Source: a bacterium (GTDB lineage: Bacteria; JALSQH01). Taken from it: DNA of 36,228 nucleotides. Shown here in pieces: positions 10,394 through 18,157 of the stretch; position 1 is the first letter of the stretch, and each line of letters opens with the position of its first letter. Below the pieces are notes generated by a model. It was given only the letters and a program-made list of their open reading frames with translations, was not told the origin of the DNA and searched no databases. The stretch spans positions 1 to 36,228 of the forward strand of contig JALSQH010000157.1 of assembly GCA_026985515.1 (NCBI GenBank), read 5' to 3'. Position numbers and translations under genes: made by a program.

Positions 10394-10717
10394 TTATCTG
10401 GATTGATTTTCGCCCAGTTTTGAAGATATGTAGGATTTGGCTACTTTAATTTTTACGCCGTCGGCTATCTGAAGGGTGATGGTATCATCTGCCACACCCA
10501 CTACGGTCCCTATAATGCCACCTGCAGTTACCACCCTGTCTCCCTTCTTGAGACTGGCGATCATTTCTCTGTGTTTCTTTGCCTGTCTCTGCTGGGGAAG
10601 TATGAGGAGAAAGTAAAAAATTGCAAAGAGAATAAGGAGCATTATGAGACTTCCAGCTGCACTCCCTCCAGCTCTCTGGGGTGCAGCCCACAAGTTCTCT
10701 ACAAGAAAATCAAACAT
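10394..10717 (-). CDS. yajC: Preprotein translocase subunit YajC
   Basis: FYFLLILPQQRQAKKH...LKKGDRVVTAGGIIG; upstream of secD; AGGAGG SD. Confidence 0.95.
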   Translation of the reverse strand: MFDFLVENLWAAPQRAGGSAAGSLIMLLILFAIFYFLLILPQQRQAKKHREMIASLKKGDRVVTAGGIIGTVVGVADDTITLQIADGVKIKVAKSYISSKLGENQSR

Positions 10718-10741
10718 CTCTTCCTCCTGAATTTTGAGTTA

Positions 10742-10770
10742 AGTATATATAATTTTAGATTTCATCGCAA
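10742..10770 (-). promoter_or_regulatory. Putative sigma70 promoter of yajC-secDF-recJ
   Basis: Minus strand TTGCGA-17 nt-TATACT upstream of the SD. Confidence 0.55.
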
Positions 10771-10815
10771 ATAAGTTCCAGACTGTGGGATGGATTCATT
10801 CCCCGGAGTGGACAT

Positions 10816-10843
10816 TTGCCTGATTTTTCTTTTGATGTATACT
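10816..10843 (+). promoter_or_regulatory. Putative sigma70 promoter of the menA-like gene
   Basis: TTGCCT-16 nt-TATACT, followed by GGAGG SD and ATG at 10868. Confidence 0.45.
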
Positions 10844-10867
10844 TCAATTCAATCTCTGGAGGAAAAA

Positions 10868-11917
10868 ATGTTGAGAAAATGGATTTTCATTCTGAGAACA
10901 TGTAACCTTGATGATTACAGCAACATTGATCCGGTTTCGAGGTGGCTGATTATTACCAGGGCCTGTGTTTTTGTTATGACAGTTATTTCAGCTCTGCTGG
11001 GTGGCTTTTATGTCCTGGAGCACTATTCACTAAACTGGTTTAATTTTATTCTGGTTGTTGCTGGTCTGATTCTCGCCCATGCAGCAAATAATCTTGTGAA
11101 CGATTACTACGACCTGAAATTTAAAGTTGACACAGAAGGATATGTAAGGGAGGAATACTCACCCCATCCAATTACATCGGGTCTTATTTCTGAGAAAGGT
11201 CTTATACTGCTGGTACTTGTGATGGACATTATCGATTTTTTTATAGCCCTCTATTTGAGCGTCACTGTTAGCTGGAGTATTATGCTCTTTGCGGTTATCG
11301 GTCTTGCCATCAGTGTTTTTTATGTAGCACCACCACTTAAACTCAAGTACAGGGGCCTTGGAGAAGCTGCTATCTTCTTTATCTGGGGACCCCTTATAAT
11401 TGGTGGAACCATTATTGCAATAGGTGGAAAACTGGACTGGAGGGGGTGGCTTTTCACCATACCGTATGGACTTGCCGTAACGGCCGTGGTGGTGGGTAAG
11501 CATCTGGATAAGCTTGAGAAGGATCGGGAAAAGGGGGTTCACACTCTTCCTGTTATTCTTGGTAAGGAGAGGGGTATCCTTTTAATGAAGATTCTCGTCA
11601 TTTCCTTCTATCTGGTTATCTTTCTGTTCCCCCTATTGAAAGTCACCGGATGGTGGATCTACCTTACCTATCTTTCCATCCCCGTAACCATGAGACTGTT
11701 CAAAACCCTCAATGCACCAACGCCAGTGGATAAACATGAGGCTTTCAAACTGGCAGAAGATGTGATTCCACGAGATCTGAAGGAAAAATATTCACCCGAC
11801 GATCCCGATGCGGAGGTTCCCCTCTGGCCCCTCTGGTATGTGGCATGGGGGGTGTGGTGGATAAGAATTACAGGTGGTGTTTTTCTTCTTTCCCTGTTGA
11901 TTGATCTGATTTTTTGA
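10868..11917 (+). CDS. menA: UbiA-family prenyltransferase, MenA-like (DHNA octaprenyltransferase-like)
   Basis: HAANNLVNDYYD, FYVAPPLKLKYRGLGE, HLDKLEKDREKGVHTLPVILG, C-terminal WPLWYVAW. Start moved to ATG 10868 because of the GGAGG SD. Confidence 0.75.
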   Translation: MLRKWIFILRTCNLDDYSNIDPVSRWLIITRACVFVMTVISALLGGFYVLEHYSLNWFNFILVVAGLILAHAANNLVNDYYDLKFKVDTEGYVREEYSPHPITSGLISEKGLILLVLVMDIIDFFIALYLSVTVSWSIMLFAVIGLAISVFYVAPPLKLKYRGLGEAAIFFIWGPLIIGGTIIAIGGKLDWRGWLFTIPYGLAVTAVVVGKHLDKLEKDREKGVHTLPVILGKERGILLMKILVISFYLVIFLFPLLKVTGWWIYLTYLSIPVTMRLFKTLNAPTPVDKHEAFKLAEDVIPRDLKEKYSPDDPDAEVPLWPLWYVAWGVWWIRITGGVFLLSLLIDLIF

Positions 11918-11924
11918 AGAGGGT

Positions 11925-12316
11925 GGATAGCCTGATGCATAAGCCGGATTCTGTGTCCCGCAGATGTCTGCGGGATGGGGATCATTTATCTGGTCCCGAT
12001 GTCACCACCGGGACTCAAGCGGCCTACCCGGGGGAATACGGCCGGGCCAGCCACCCCCTGTTTGGCCTTGCTCCGGGTGGGGCTTGCCGTGCCCCCCGAT
12101 GTTACCACCGGGGGCGGTGGTCTCTTACACCACCTTTTCACCCTTGCCCTCCCGTAAATACGGGAGATGGCGGTCTGTTTTCTGTGGCGCTTTCCCTTCC
12201 CCGACCCTTAAAGGTCGGGGAGGCTGGTGTTACCAGCCACCCTGCCCTGTGGAGTCCGGACTTTCCTCCCTCCGATCACGAATGATCGGAGAGCGATCCC
12301 CTGCATCAGGCTATCC
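11925..12316 (-). ncRNA. rnpB: RNase P RNA, bacterial type A
   Basis: Minus strand has GAGGAAAGTCCGGACTCC near the 5' end and ACAGAATCCGGCTTAT near the 3' end (P4), plus GAAAGCGCCACAGAAA, GGTGAAAAGG and GAGCAAGGCCAA. The ends form a perfect 15-16 bp P1. Confidence 0.97.
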
Positions 12317-12323
12317 ATTTATT

Positions 12324-12329
12324 ATTTTA
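12324..12329 (-). promoter_or_regulatory. Putative -10 element of rnpB
   Basis: TAAAAT 7 nt upstream of the P1 5' end; no clear -35. Confidence 0.45.
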
Positions 12330-12367
12330 AACATTTTCCAGTTTTGTTCCAGAGGTGTTTGATTCTA

Positions 12368-12376
12368 TGCTATAAT
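12368..12376 (+). promoter_or_regulatory. Extended -10 promoter of mlaE (leaderless)
   Basis: TGCTATAAT, 7 nt before ATG 12384; no properly spaced SD. Confidence 0.6.
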
Positions 12377-12383
12377 ATATTCA

Positions 12384-13133
12384 ATGTATTTGCTTCTTTT
12401 CCACATTCAAAACATTACAATTCTATTCTGGCAGCTTTTGAGGCGTACCTTTTCAAAGCCATTTTACTGGCGGGATCTGCTTTTTGAAATGGACTCCCTT
12501 GGATTTGCATCTCTACCCATCACAATCTTAACGGGGATTTTCCTCGGCCTGGTTCTGACCCTTCAGGCGGCAATAGGTGTACATAAGATAGGGGCAGTCA
12601 GCCTTGTTCCCCGGGCAATAACAATTTCCCTTATAAGAGAAATCGGACCTGTTGTGGGTTCACTTATGATTGCAGGTAGGGTTGGTTCAGGAATCACCTC
12701 GCAAATTGGATCAATGAAGGTGACCTATCAGCTTGATGCAATGAGGGTCCTGGGTACGGATCCTCTAAGGAAACTGATCTTACCCAAATTCCTTGCCATA
12801 ACCATAATGCTTCCCCTTCTGATAATTCTGCTCTGCTTTTCCGGACTGGTGAGTGCCTATTTTCTTGCAAGTGTTAATCTGAACATAGGTGCGGTTTTTT
12901 TCTGGAATGAGGTATTGAGGGGTATTAAATTCCTTGACCTGATAAATAACATTACAAAGTCCCTTGTTTTCGGTGGAATAATAGGTCTCTTTGGCAACTA
13001 TTTCGGGCTTGAAGTGGAAGGAGGAACAGAGGGTGTAGGACGTGCAACAACCACATCTGTTATTGTGATTTTCATTTCCATTCTGGCGGCAGATTTTATT
13101 TTGACAAAAATCTTTTACGAGATTTTAAAGTGA
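12384..13133 (+). CDS. mlaE: MlaE family lipid asymmetry ABC permease
   Basis: REIGPV...AGRVGSGITSQIGSMKVTYQLDAMRVLGTDP; GGTEGVGRATT. Confidence 0.93.
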   Translation: MYLLLFHIQNITILFWQLLRRTFSKPFYWRDLLFEMDSLGFASLPITILTGIFLGLVLTLQAAIGVHKIGAVSLVPRAITISLIREIGPVVGSLMIAGRVGSGITSQIGSMKVTYQLDAMRVLGTDPLRKLILPKFLAITIMLPLLIILLCFSGLVSAYFLASVNLNIGAVFFWNEVLRGIKFLDLINNITKSLVFGGIIGLFGNYFGLEVEGGTEGVGRATTTSVIVIFISILAADFILTKIFYEILK

Positions 13134-13873
13134 GCAGGCAGATAATAATTGAAATGAGGGATGTATGGTTCTCCTACCGGGAGAGGGAAGTTCTTAAAGG
13201 GGTAAATCTGCGGCTGTATGAGGGAGAAAATCTTGTAATACTTGGAGGAAGCGGTAGTGGAAAAAGCACAATTTTAAGACTTCTCCTCGGCCTTGAAAAG
13301 TGCAGCAGGGGGAGAATCTACATTTTTGGAAAGGATGTTACAGATCTGAATGAGGATGGATGGTTTGAAGTGAGGAGGAAAATAGGGATGGTTTTTCAGG
13401 AGGGGGCCCTCTTTGATTACATGTCAGTAAGGGAGAACGTGGGTTTCAGATTGTATGAAGAGGGATATAAGGAAGAAAATATTGACAGGATTGTCAGGGA
13501 AAAACTGAGAATTGTGGGGCTCGAGAGTGTAATTGACGCGATGCCTGGAGATCTCAGTGGGGGTATGAAGAGAAGGGTGGCTATTGCAAGGGCTCTGGTG
13601 GGAGAACCGGGAGTAATATTCTACGACGAACCAACCACAGGTCTTGATCCCATAACTGCAAGAACAATTGTGAGGCATATCAACATGTTGAAGGAACAGT
13701 ACAGGGTTGCTTCAATAATAGTTACTCATGAGCTTGAATATGCTTTTTCCCTCGCTGACAGATTGATGATGCTTAAAGATGGAAAGTTCATATTTGAGGG
13801 AAGTGTGGAGGATTTTAAGAGAAGCAGAGATCCCTACATTGTAAAATTCCTTGGAAGAGAGGAGATGGTATGA
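13130..13873 (+). CDS. mlaF: MlaF-type ABC ATP-binding protein
   Basis: GGSGSGKS, FQEGALFD, LSGGMKRRVAIARA, YDEPTTGLDP; lies between mlaE and mlaD. Confidence 0.9.
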   Translation: MSRQIIIEMRDVWFSYREREVLKGVNLRLYEGENLVILGGSGSGKSTILRLLLGLEKCSRGRIYIFGKDVTDLNEDGWFEVRRKIGMVFQEGALFDYMSVRENVGFRLYEEGYKEENIDRIVREKLRIVGLESVIDAMPGDLSGGMKRRVAIARALVGEPGVIFYDEPTTGLDPITARTIVRHINMLKEQYRVASIIVTHELEYAFSLADRLMMLKDGKFIFEGSVEDFKRSRDPYIVKFLGREEMV

Positions 13874-14832
13874 GAAGGAAAGATTATACCCTTTCCGGGT
13901 TGAAAGTTGGTATTGTTGTATTTACTTCACTCATAATTCTCATTGTTGTGGTTTTTTTACTTGGCAGGAGAGGAGGTGTCTTCTCCACTTATTATGAACT
14001 CAGGGCTCGCTTTCCAAAGGTTAATGGTCTTGTTATAGGATCTCCTGTGTGGTTATCTGGTGTCTCTGTGGGTTATGTATCCGATATAAGATTTCCTGAG
14101 AAACTTCAGAGCAAGGAACTTGTTGTTGTGATGAAAATTAAAACAAGATACAAAAAGTACATACGGGAGGATTCAAGGGCGTACATTGAGACAAAAGGAC
14201 TTCTGGGAAATAAAATAATTACCATAACAATTGGTAGCAGTGGAAAGAGAATCCTTCAGAATGGAGATTTCATAAAAACGGTTCCTCCTCTTGATATAAC
14301 TGAATTCGTATCGGGAGCGACAGCATCTCTCAGAAACCTTCAGCAAATTATAGAGGACTTGAAGGATATTGGTAATGCCATAAGGGCAGGTAAAGGGAGT
14401 CTGGGCCTGCTGGTTAATGATAACAGGCTGTATGCAGAGTTAACCTCCATTCTTGCAAATCTTGATAGATTTTCAAGGTTGCTAAACAAAGCAGATTCAT
14501 CCCTTGGTAAGTTTATGCGAAGCTCTGAACTTTATGACAATATAAACGGTGTTGTTCTTGATGTTAAAAATGGAAGAGGCACGATGGGTCAGTTATTGCA
14601 TAATCAGAAGCCCTTTGATAAAATAAATGAAATTCTTGAAAGGCTGGACAGAATAATTGCTTACATTGAGAGTGGAAAGGGTAATATGGGCAGGCTGGTG
14701 AAGGAGGAACAATTTTACAACAATATGAATGACACACTGAATGAAACCCGTGAAACTCTGAAGGAGATAAAGGCACTTATTCAGGATATCAAGAAAAATC
14801 CGCAGAGGTACTTCAGGGTAAAAGTCTTTTAA
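13870..14832 (+). CDS. mlaD: MlaD/MCE family protein
   Basis: N-terminal TM; GLVIGSPVWLSGVSVGYV; KGLLGNK; helical repeats GKGSLG/GRGTMG/GKGNMG. Confidence 0.9.
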   Translation: MRRKDYTLSGLKVGIVVFTSLIILIVVVFLLGRRGGVFSTYYELRARFPKVNGLVIGSPVWLSGVSVGYVSDIRFPEKLQSKELVVVMKIKTRYKKYIREDSRAYIETKGLLGNKIITITIGSSGKRILQNGDFIKTVPPLDITEFVSGATASLRNLQQIIEDLKDIGNAIRAGKGSLGLLVNDNRLYAELTSILANLDRFSRLLNKADSSLGKFMRSSELYDNINGVVLDVKNGRGTMGQLLHNQKPFDKINEILERLDRIIAYIESGKGNMGRLVKEEQFYNNMNDTLNETRETLKEIKALIQDIKKNPQRYFRVKVF

Positions 14833-14843
14833 AGGATGCGATC

Positions 14844-15089
14844 ATGGAGAAAAAGAAGAAGAAAAATGTTCCCATAGCACCCAATACCATGTTGAAGGAT
14901 CTGTTTCAGGCATACCCCAGAGTAAAGGAGGTCTTCCTTGAGTATCACATGGACTGCCTTCACTGTAAGGGGTTAAATTATGAAACCATTCGCCATGCAG
15001 CTGAAAATCATGGAATCAGACTTAATGAGTTGCTCGAAGCAATAAAAAAGAAGGTGGAAGAAGGAGGGGAAGGGAATAAATCTAAATGA
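14844..15089 (+). CDS. DUF1858 domain protein (CxxC redox-disulfide type)
   Basis: YPRVKEVFLEYHMDCLHC...ETIRHAAENHGI. Confidence 0.8.
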   Translation: MEKKKKKNVPIAPNTMLKDLFQAYPRVKEVFLEYHMDCLHCKGLNYETIRHAAENHGIRLNELLEAIKKKVEEGGEGNKSK

Positions 15090-17418
15090 ATTTGAAAGAC
15101 CCCTCAAATTCATAATTGAGAATCCCTCAAAACTTAAAAATATTCGTGGTCTTCATTATTACTACAGAAATCTGGCAAAAAAACTTAAAAAACCTGAGGA
15201 TCGCGTACTTGCCCATCACCTTGTCACCCTGTTTGAGAAGTATGATGTGGCTGATGATGAACTCAAGAAAAAAATAATAAAGGAAGCCATAAAGTCTATT
15301 GAAGAATTCAGAAAAAGCCAGAACAGGTGGAGGGAAAAGGTCGACTTTGTGAAGTTCCTTTTTACTCCCCTTGCAGTTGAAGACAGAAGGCTTGAAAAGT
15401 ACTTCAGGAAAAATGGGGTAAAATCTGTTAGAGACCTTCTTCTCTTTCTTCCGGGAAAGTATGTGGACAGGAGAAGGATTACCACTGTTTTTGATGCAAT
15501 GGTTAATAGTGAGGCGGTTATAAAGGGAAAGGTTGTATCCAGGGGAGAAGTAAGAACCCCCGGAGGAAAAAAGTTTTATCAGGTAATACTTAAAGATAAA
15601 ACAGGGGCACTGAAATTAGTATGGTTTAACTACAACAGGGTCTACCCTTCAAAGATGTTTAAAGAGGGGGAAGAGGTTCTGGTGGCTGGAAAAGTTGTTT
15701 TTGACACATTTTCGGGATATAAGAGCATCATTCACCCCGAATTAATTAAGGAGGATAGCTACTCTCCGGGAATAATACCCATTTATCCCCAGGAGAGGTT
15801 TCTTTCACAGGAGAAAGTAAGGGAGAAAATTAAAACATACCTTCAGCAGATTAAAATTGATGATTACCTTCCAGACAGGATTTTGAGTAAAATTGACCTT
15901 CCTTCTTTTAGAGAATCCCTTGAGAAGCTTCATTTTCCCCCTGATAATCTTTCACCGGAAAAATTAAAGGAGGAAAACACCCCATATCACAGAAGGATCA
16001 AGTTTTCCATTTTTTTCCCCTTCCAGCTTGCTCTTGTTTACAGGCGGGAAAAAAACAAAAAGGAGAGGGGAATTGCCTTTAAGTTTTCAGGTGAATTGAA
16101 GAAGAAACTGCTTTCCTCTTTACCGTTTGAACTGACAGGTGCCCAGAAAAGGGTAATTGGAGAAATAGAGAGGGATCTGGTCTCCCCCTTTCCCATGAAC
16201 AGACTGCTTCAGGGTGATGTGGGGAGCGGGAAGACCCTTGTTGCACTGGTGACTGCTCTTGATGTGGTTGAAAGCGGGTATCAGGTTGCACTCATGGCTC
16301 CAACTGAAATCCTGGCAGAACAGCATTATCTCAATATCAGAAGTTTTCTCGAAAAAATTGATATTGGGGTTGCTCTCCTCACGGGCAGTGTTACGGGAAG
16401 AAAGAGGGATGCAATAGTTGAGGCGATAAGAGATGGTCGTGCAAATATTGTGGTGGGAACCCATGCCCTTTTTCAGGAAAAGGTGGAATTCAACAAATTA
16501 GGGTATGTGATAATTGATGAACAGCATCGTTTTGGAGTAATCCAGAGGGCTCAACTGGTTTCCAAGGGGACCAACCCAGATGTTCTTGTTATGACTGCCA
16601 CCCCCATTCCACGAACACTTGCGATGACCACATATGGGGATCTGGATGTCTCCATTCTGGATGAAATGCCACCCGGAAGGAGGCCAGTAAAAACATTTGT
16701 GGTGGAAGAACGGAGAATCAACTTCGTGTTTTCTGAAGTGAAAAAAGCTCTTGAAAGAAAGGAACAGGTTTATTTTGTTTATCCTCTCATTGAAAAATCT
16801 GAAAAACTTGACCTGAAAAATGCCACCGAGATGTTTGAAAACCTGAGAAAAATTTTTAAGGGTTACAATGTGGGGCTTCTCCACGGAAGAATGAGTCCTG
16901 AGGAGAAGGAGTGGATAATGAGGAAATTTCAGAGGGGCGAAATAGATATCCTCGTCAGCACAACGGTAATTGAAGTTGGTGTTGATGTTCCAAATGCTAC
17001 TGTAATGGTAATTGAGCACGCTGAAAGATTTGGGCTTGCTCAGTTGCATCAGTTGAGGGGGAGGGTGGGGAGAAGTGACAAAGAATCAGTATGTTTTCTG
17101 ATAGTTGGAAAAAATGCCGGCAGGCAGGCGTATCAGCGGTTGAGGATCCTTGAGAAGACAGGCGATGGATTCAAAATTGCTGAAGAGGATTTAAAATTGA
17201 GAGGTCCTGGTGAGATACTGGGAACGAGGCAATCGGGTGAGCAGGAGATTCCTTACTCAGATATAATCAGGTACAACGATCTCCTTGCACTGGCAAGGGA
17301 AATGGCAGAAGAGATAATTTCCACTGATCCTGAACTCGTTGTGAATGATCACCAGGCTGTAAAAATGGAAATGTTCAAATTGTGGGGTGAAAGACTGGAA
17401 CTTGGTAAAATTGCCTGA
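15076..17418 (+). CDS. recG: ATP-dependent DNA helicase RecG
   Basis: RLLQGDVGSGKT, DEQHRFG, MTATPIPRTL, QLHQLRGRVGR, DLKLRGPGE. First canonical start is GTG 15247, but the frame is open from 15046; ATA 15076 is proposed (see findings). Confidence 0.95.
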   Translation: MNLNEFERPLKFIIENPSKLKNIRGLHYYYRNLAKKLKKPEDRVLAHHLVTLFEKYDVADDELKKKIIKEAIKSIEEFRKSQNRWREKVDFVKFLFTPLAVEDRRLEKYFRKNGVKSVRDLLLFLPGKYVDRRRITTVFDAMVNSEAVIKGKVVSRGEVRTPGGKKFYQVILKDKTGALKLVWFNYNRVYPSKMFKEGEEVLVAGKVVFDTFSGYKSIIHPELIKEDSYSPGIIPIYPQERFLSQEKVREKIKTYLQQIKIDDYLPDRILSKIDLPSFRESLEKLHFPPDNLSPEKLKEENTPYHRRIKFSIFFPFQLALVYRREKNKKERGIAFKFSGELKKKLLSSLPFELTGAQKRVIGEIERDLVSPFPMNRLLQGDVGSGKTLVALVTALDVVESGYQVALMAPTEILAEQHYLNIRSFLEKIDIGVALLTGSVTGRKRDAIVEAIRDGRANIVVGTHALFQEKVEFNKLGYVIIDEQHRFGVIQRAQLVSKGTNPDVLVMTATPIPRTLAMTTYGDLDVSILDEMPPGRRPVKTFVVEERRINFVFSEVKKALERKEQVYFVYPLIEKSEKLDLKNATEMFENLRKIFKGYNVGLLHGRMSPEEKEWIMRKFQRGEIDILVSTTVIEVGVDVPNATVMVIEHAERFGLAQLHQLRGRVGRSDKESVCFLIVGKNAGRQAYQRLRILEKTGDGFKIAEEDLKLRGPGEILGTRQSGEQEIPYSDIIRYNDLLALAREMAEEIISTDPELVVNDHQAVKMEMFKLWGERLELGKIA

Positions 17419-18063
17419 TCAAATAATCCCCATATTTTTCATGCTCCTGAAAGAGTTATTCCCGACAATGATGTGATCGAGCAGTCTTATTCCCAGAATC
17501 TCCCCGGCTTCCTTAACCCTCTTCGTGAACTCAATATCCGCCTTTGAAGGTGTGGGATCGCCAGATGGGTGGTTGTGACCAAGGATTATTCCGCTCGCAC
17601 TCTCTTTAACTGCTGAAATAAAAATTTCTCTCGGTGTCAGCACAATCCCGTTGCCACTTCCTATTCCCGGTATTTCATATTTTATGACCTGGTTTTTGTT
17701 ATCCAGCATAACAACCATTAGCTTCTCCCTTTCCTCATTCCAGATAAGAGGTTTTATGAAACTGAAGGCATCCTCTGGAGATGTGATTCTTCTTTTCCGC
17801 ACACTCTCCATAGATAATCTTCTGCATATCTCAAAGACCGCTTTGATGGTGACAGCTTTAGCAATACCTATACCCTCAGTCGTGGCAAGTTCTCTGATTC
17901 CAGCTTTTTCCAGGCCTCTCCATCCATTAAATTTGTTGATTATTTTTCTAGAAAGTGTCAAAACATCCTCACCCTTTCTGCCTGTTCTCAGAATAATTGC
18001 CAGAAGCTCATAATCTGAAAGGGATGAAGCCCCACTGTTTATCAATCTTTCTCTTGGAAACAT
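17419..18063 (-). CDS. radC: RadC/JAB domain protein
   Basis: PRERL...LSDYELLAIILRTG, HhH GIGIAKA, HNHPSGDPTPSKAD, LLDHII. Confidence 0.95.
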   Translation of the reverse strand: MFPRERLINSGASSLSDYELLAIILRTGRKGEDVLTLSRKIINKFNGWRGLEKAGIRELATTEGIGIAKAVTIKAVFEICRRLSMESVRKRRITSPEDAFSFIKPLIWNEEREKLMVVMLDNKNQVIKYEIPGIGSGNGIVLTPREIFISAVKESASGIILGHNHPSGDPTPSKADIEFTKRVKEAGEILGIRLLDHIIVGNNSFRSMKNMGII

Positions 18064-18072
18064 CCTGACTCA

Positions 18073-18100
18073 ATTATACAGAATCGTGGTTTAAAATCAA
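18073..18100 (-). promoter_or_regulatory. Putative sigma70 promoter of radC
   Basis: TTGATT-16 nt-TATAAT, 9 nt before ATG. Confidence 0.6.
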
Positions 18101-18122
18101 TTTATTTTATAATAAAAATTTC

Positions 18123-18150
18123 TTGACAAAAACTCAATATTTTGTAAAAT
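18123..18150 (+). promoter_or_regulatory. Putative sigma70 promoter of comM with TTGA-N7-TCAA palindrome
   Basis: TTGACA-16 nt-TAAAAT, 7 nt before ATG 18158. Confidence 0.7.
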
Positions 18151-18157
18151 TGCAAGC

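Noticed and set aside
10790-10867. Longer N-terminus of the menA-like ORF
   Set aside because: It overlaps the predicted promoter; the SD supports ATG 10868.
11995-12112. 18-nt near-identical repeat CCCGATGTYACCACCGGG exactly 100 nt apart
   Set aside because: These are two GNRA-capped helices (P14 and P18) inside RNase P RNA, not a CRISPR or REP element.
12352-12375. GAGGTG followed by ATG-CTA-TAA mini-ORF before mlaE
   Set aside because: It coincides with the extended -10 element, so it would lie upstream of the predicted transcription start; probably chance.
11914-12487. Several GC-rich plus-strand ORFs (11914-12285, 11964-12362, 11975-12157, 12227-12487)
   Set aside because: They are antisense shadows of rnpB.
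14380-14720. Periodic GKG(S/T/N)(L/M)G peptide repeats
   Set aside because: Common helical repeats of long MlaD/MCE proteins.
16498-17049. Long antisense ORFs (here, and 33500-34042, 23168-23626, 32290-32730)
   Set aside because: They lie fully opposite highly conserved genes and show no recognisable motifs.
17419-18063. radC as a marker of a mobile element or integration site
   Set aside because: It is a full-length chromosomal-type gene with an HhH domain; no integrase, att repeats or compositional shift nearby.
18123-18138. The comM/dprA box as an FNR or LexA site
   Set aside because: FNR is TTGAT-N4-ATCAA (one base shorter, different inner bases), and the box matches no LexA site I know.
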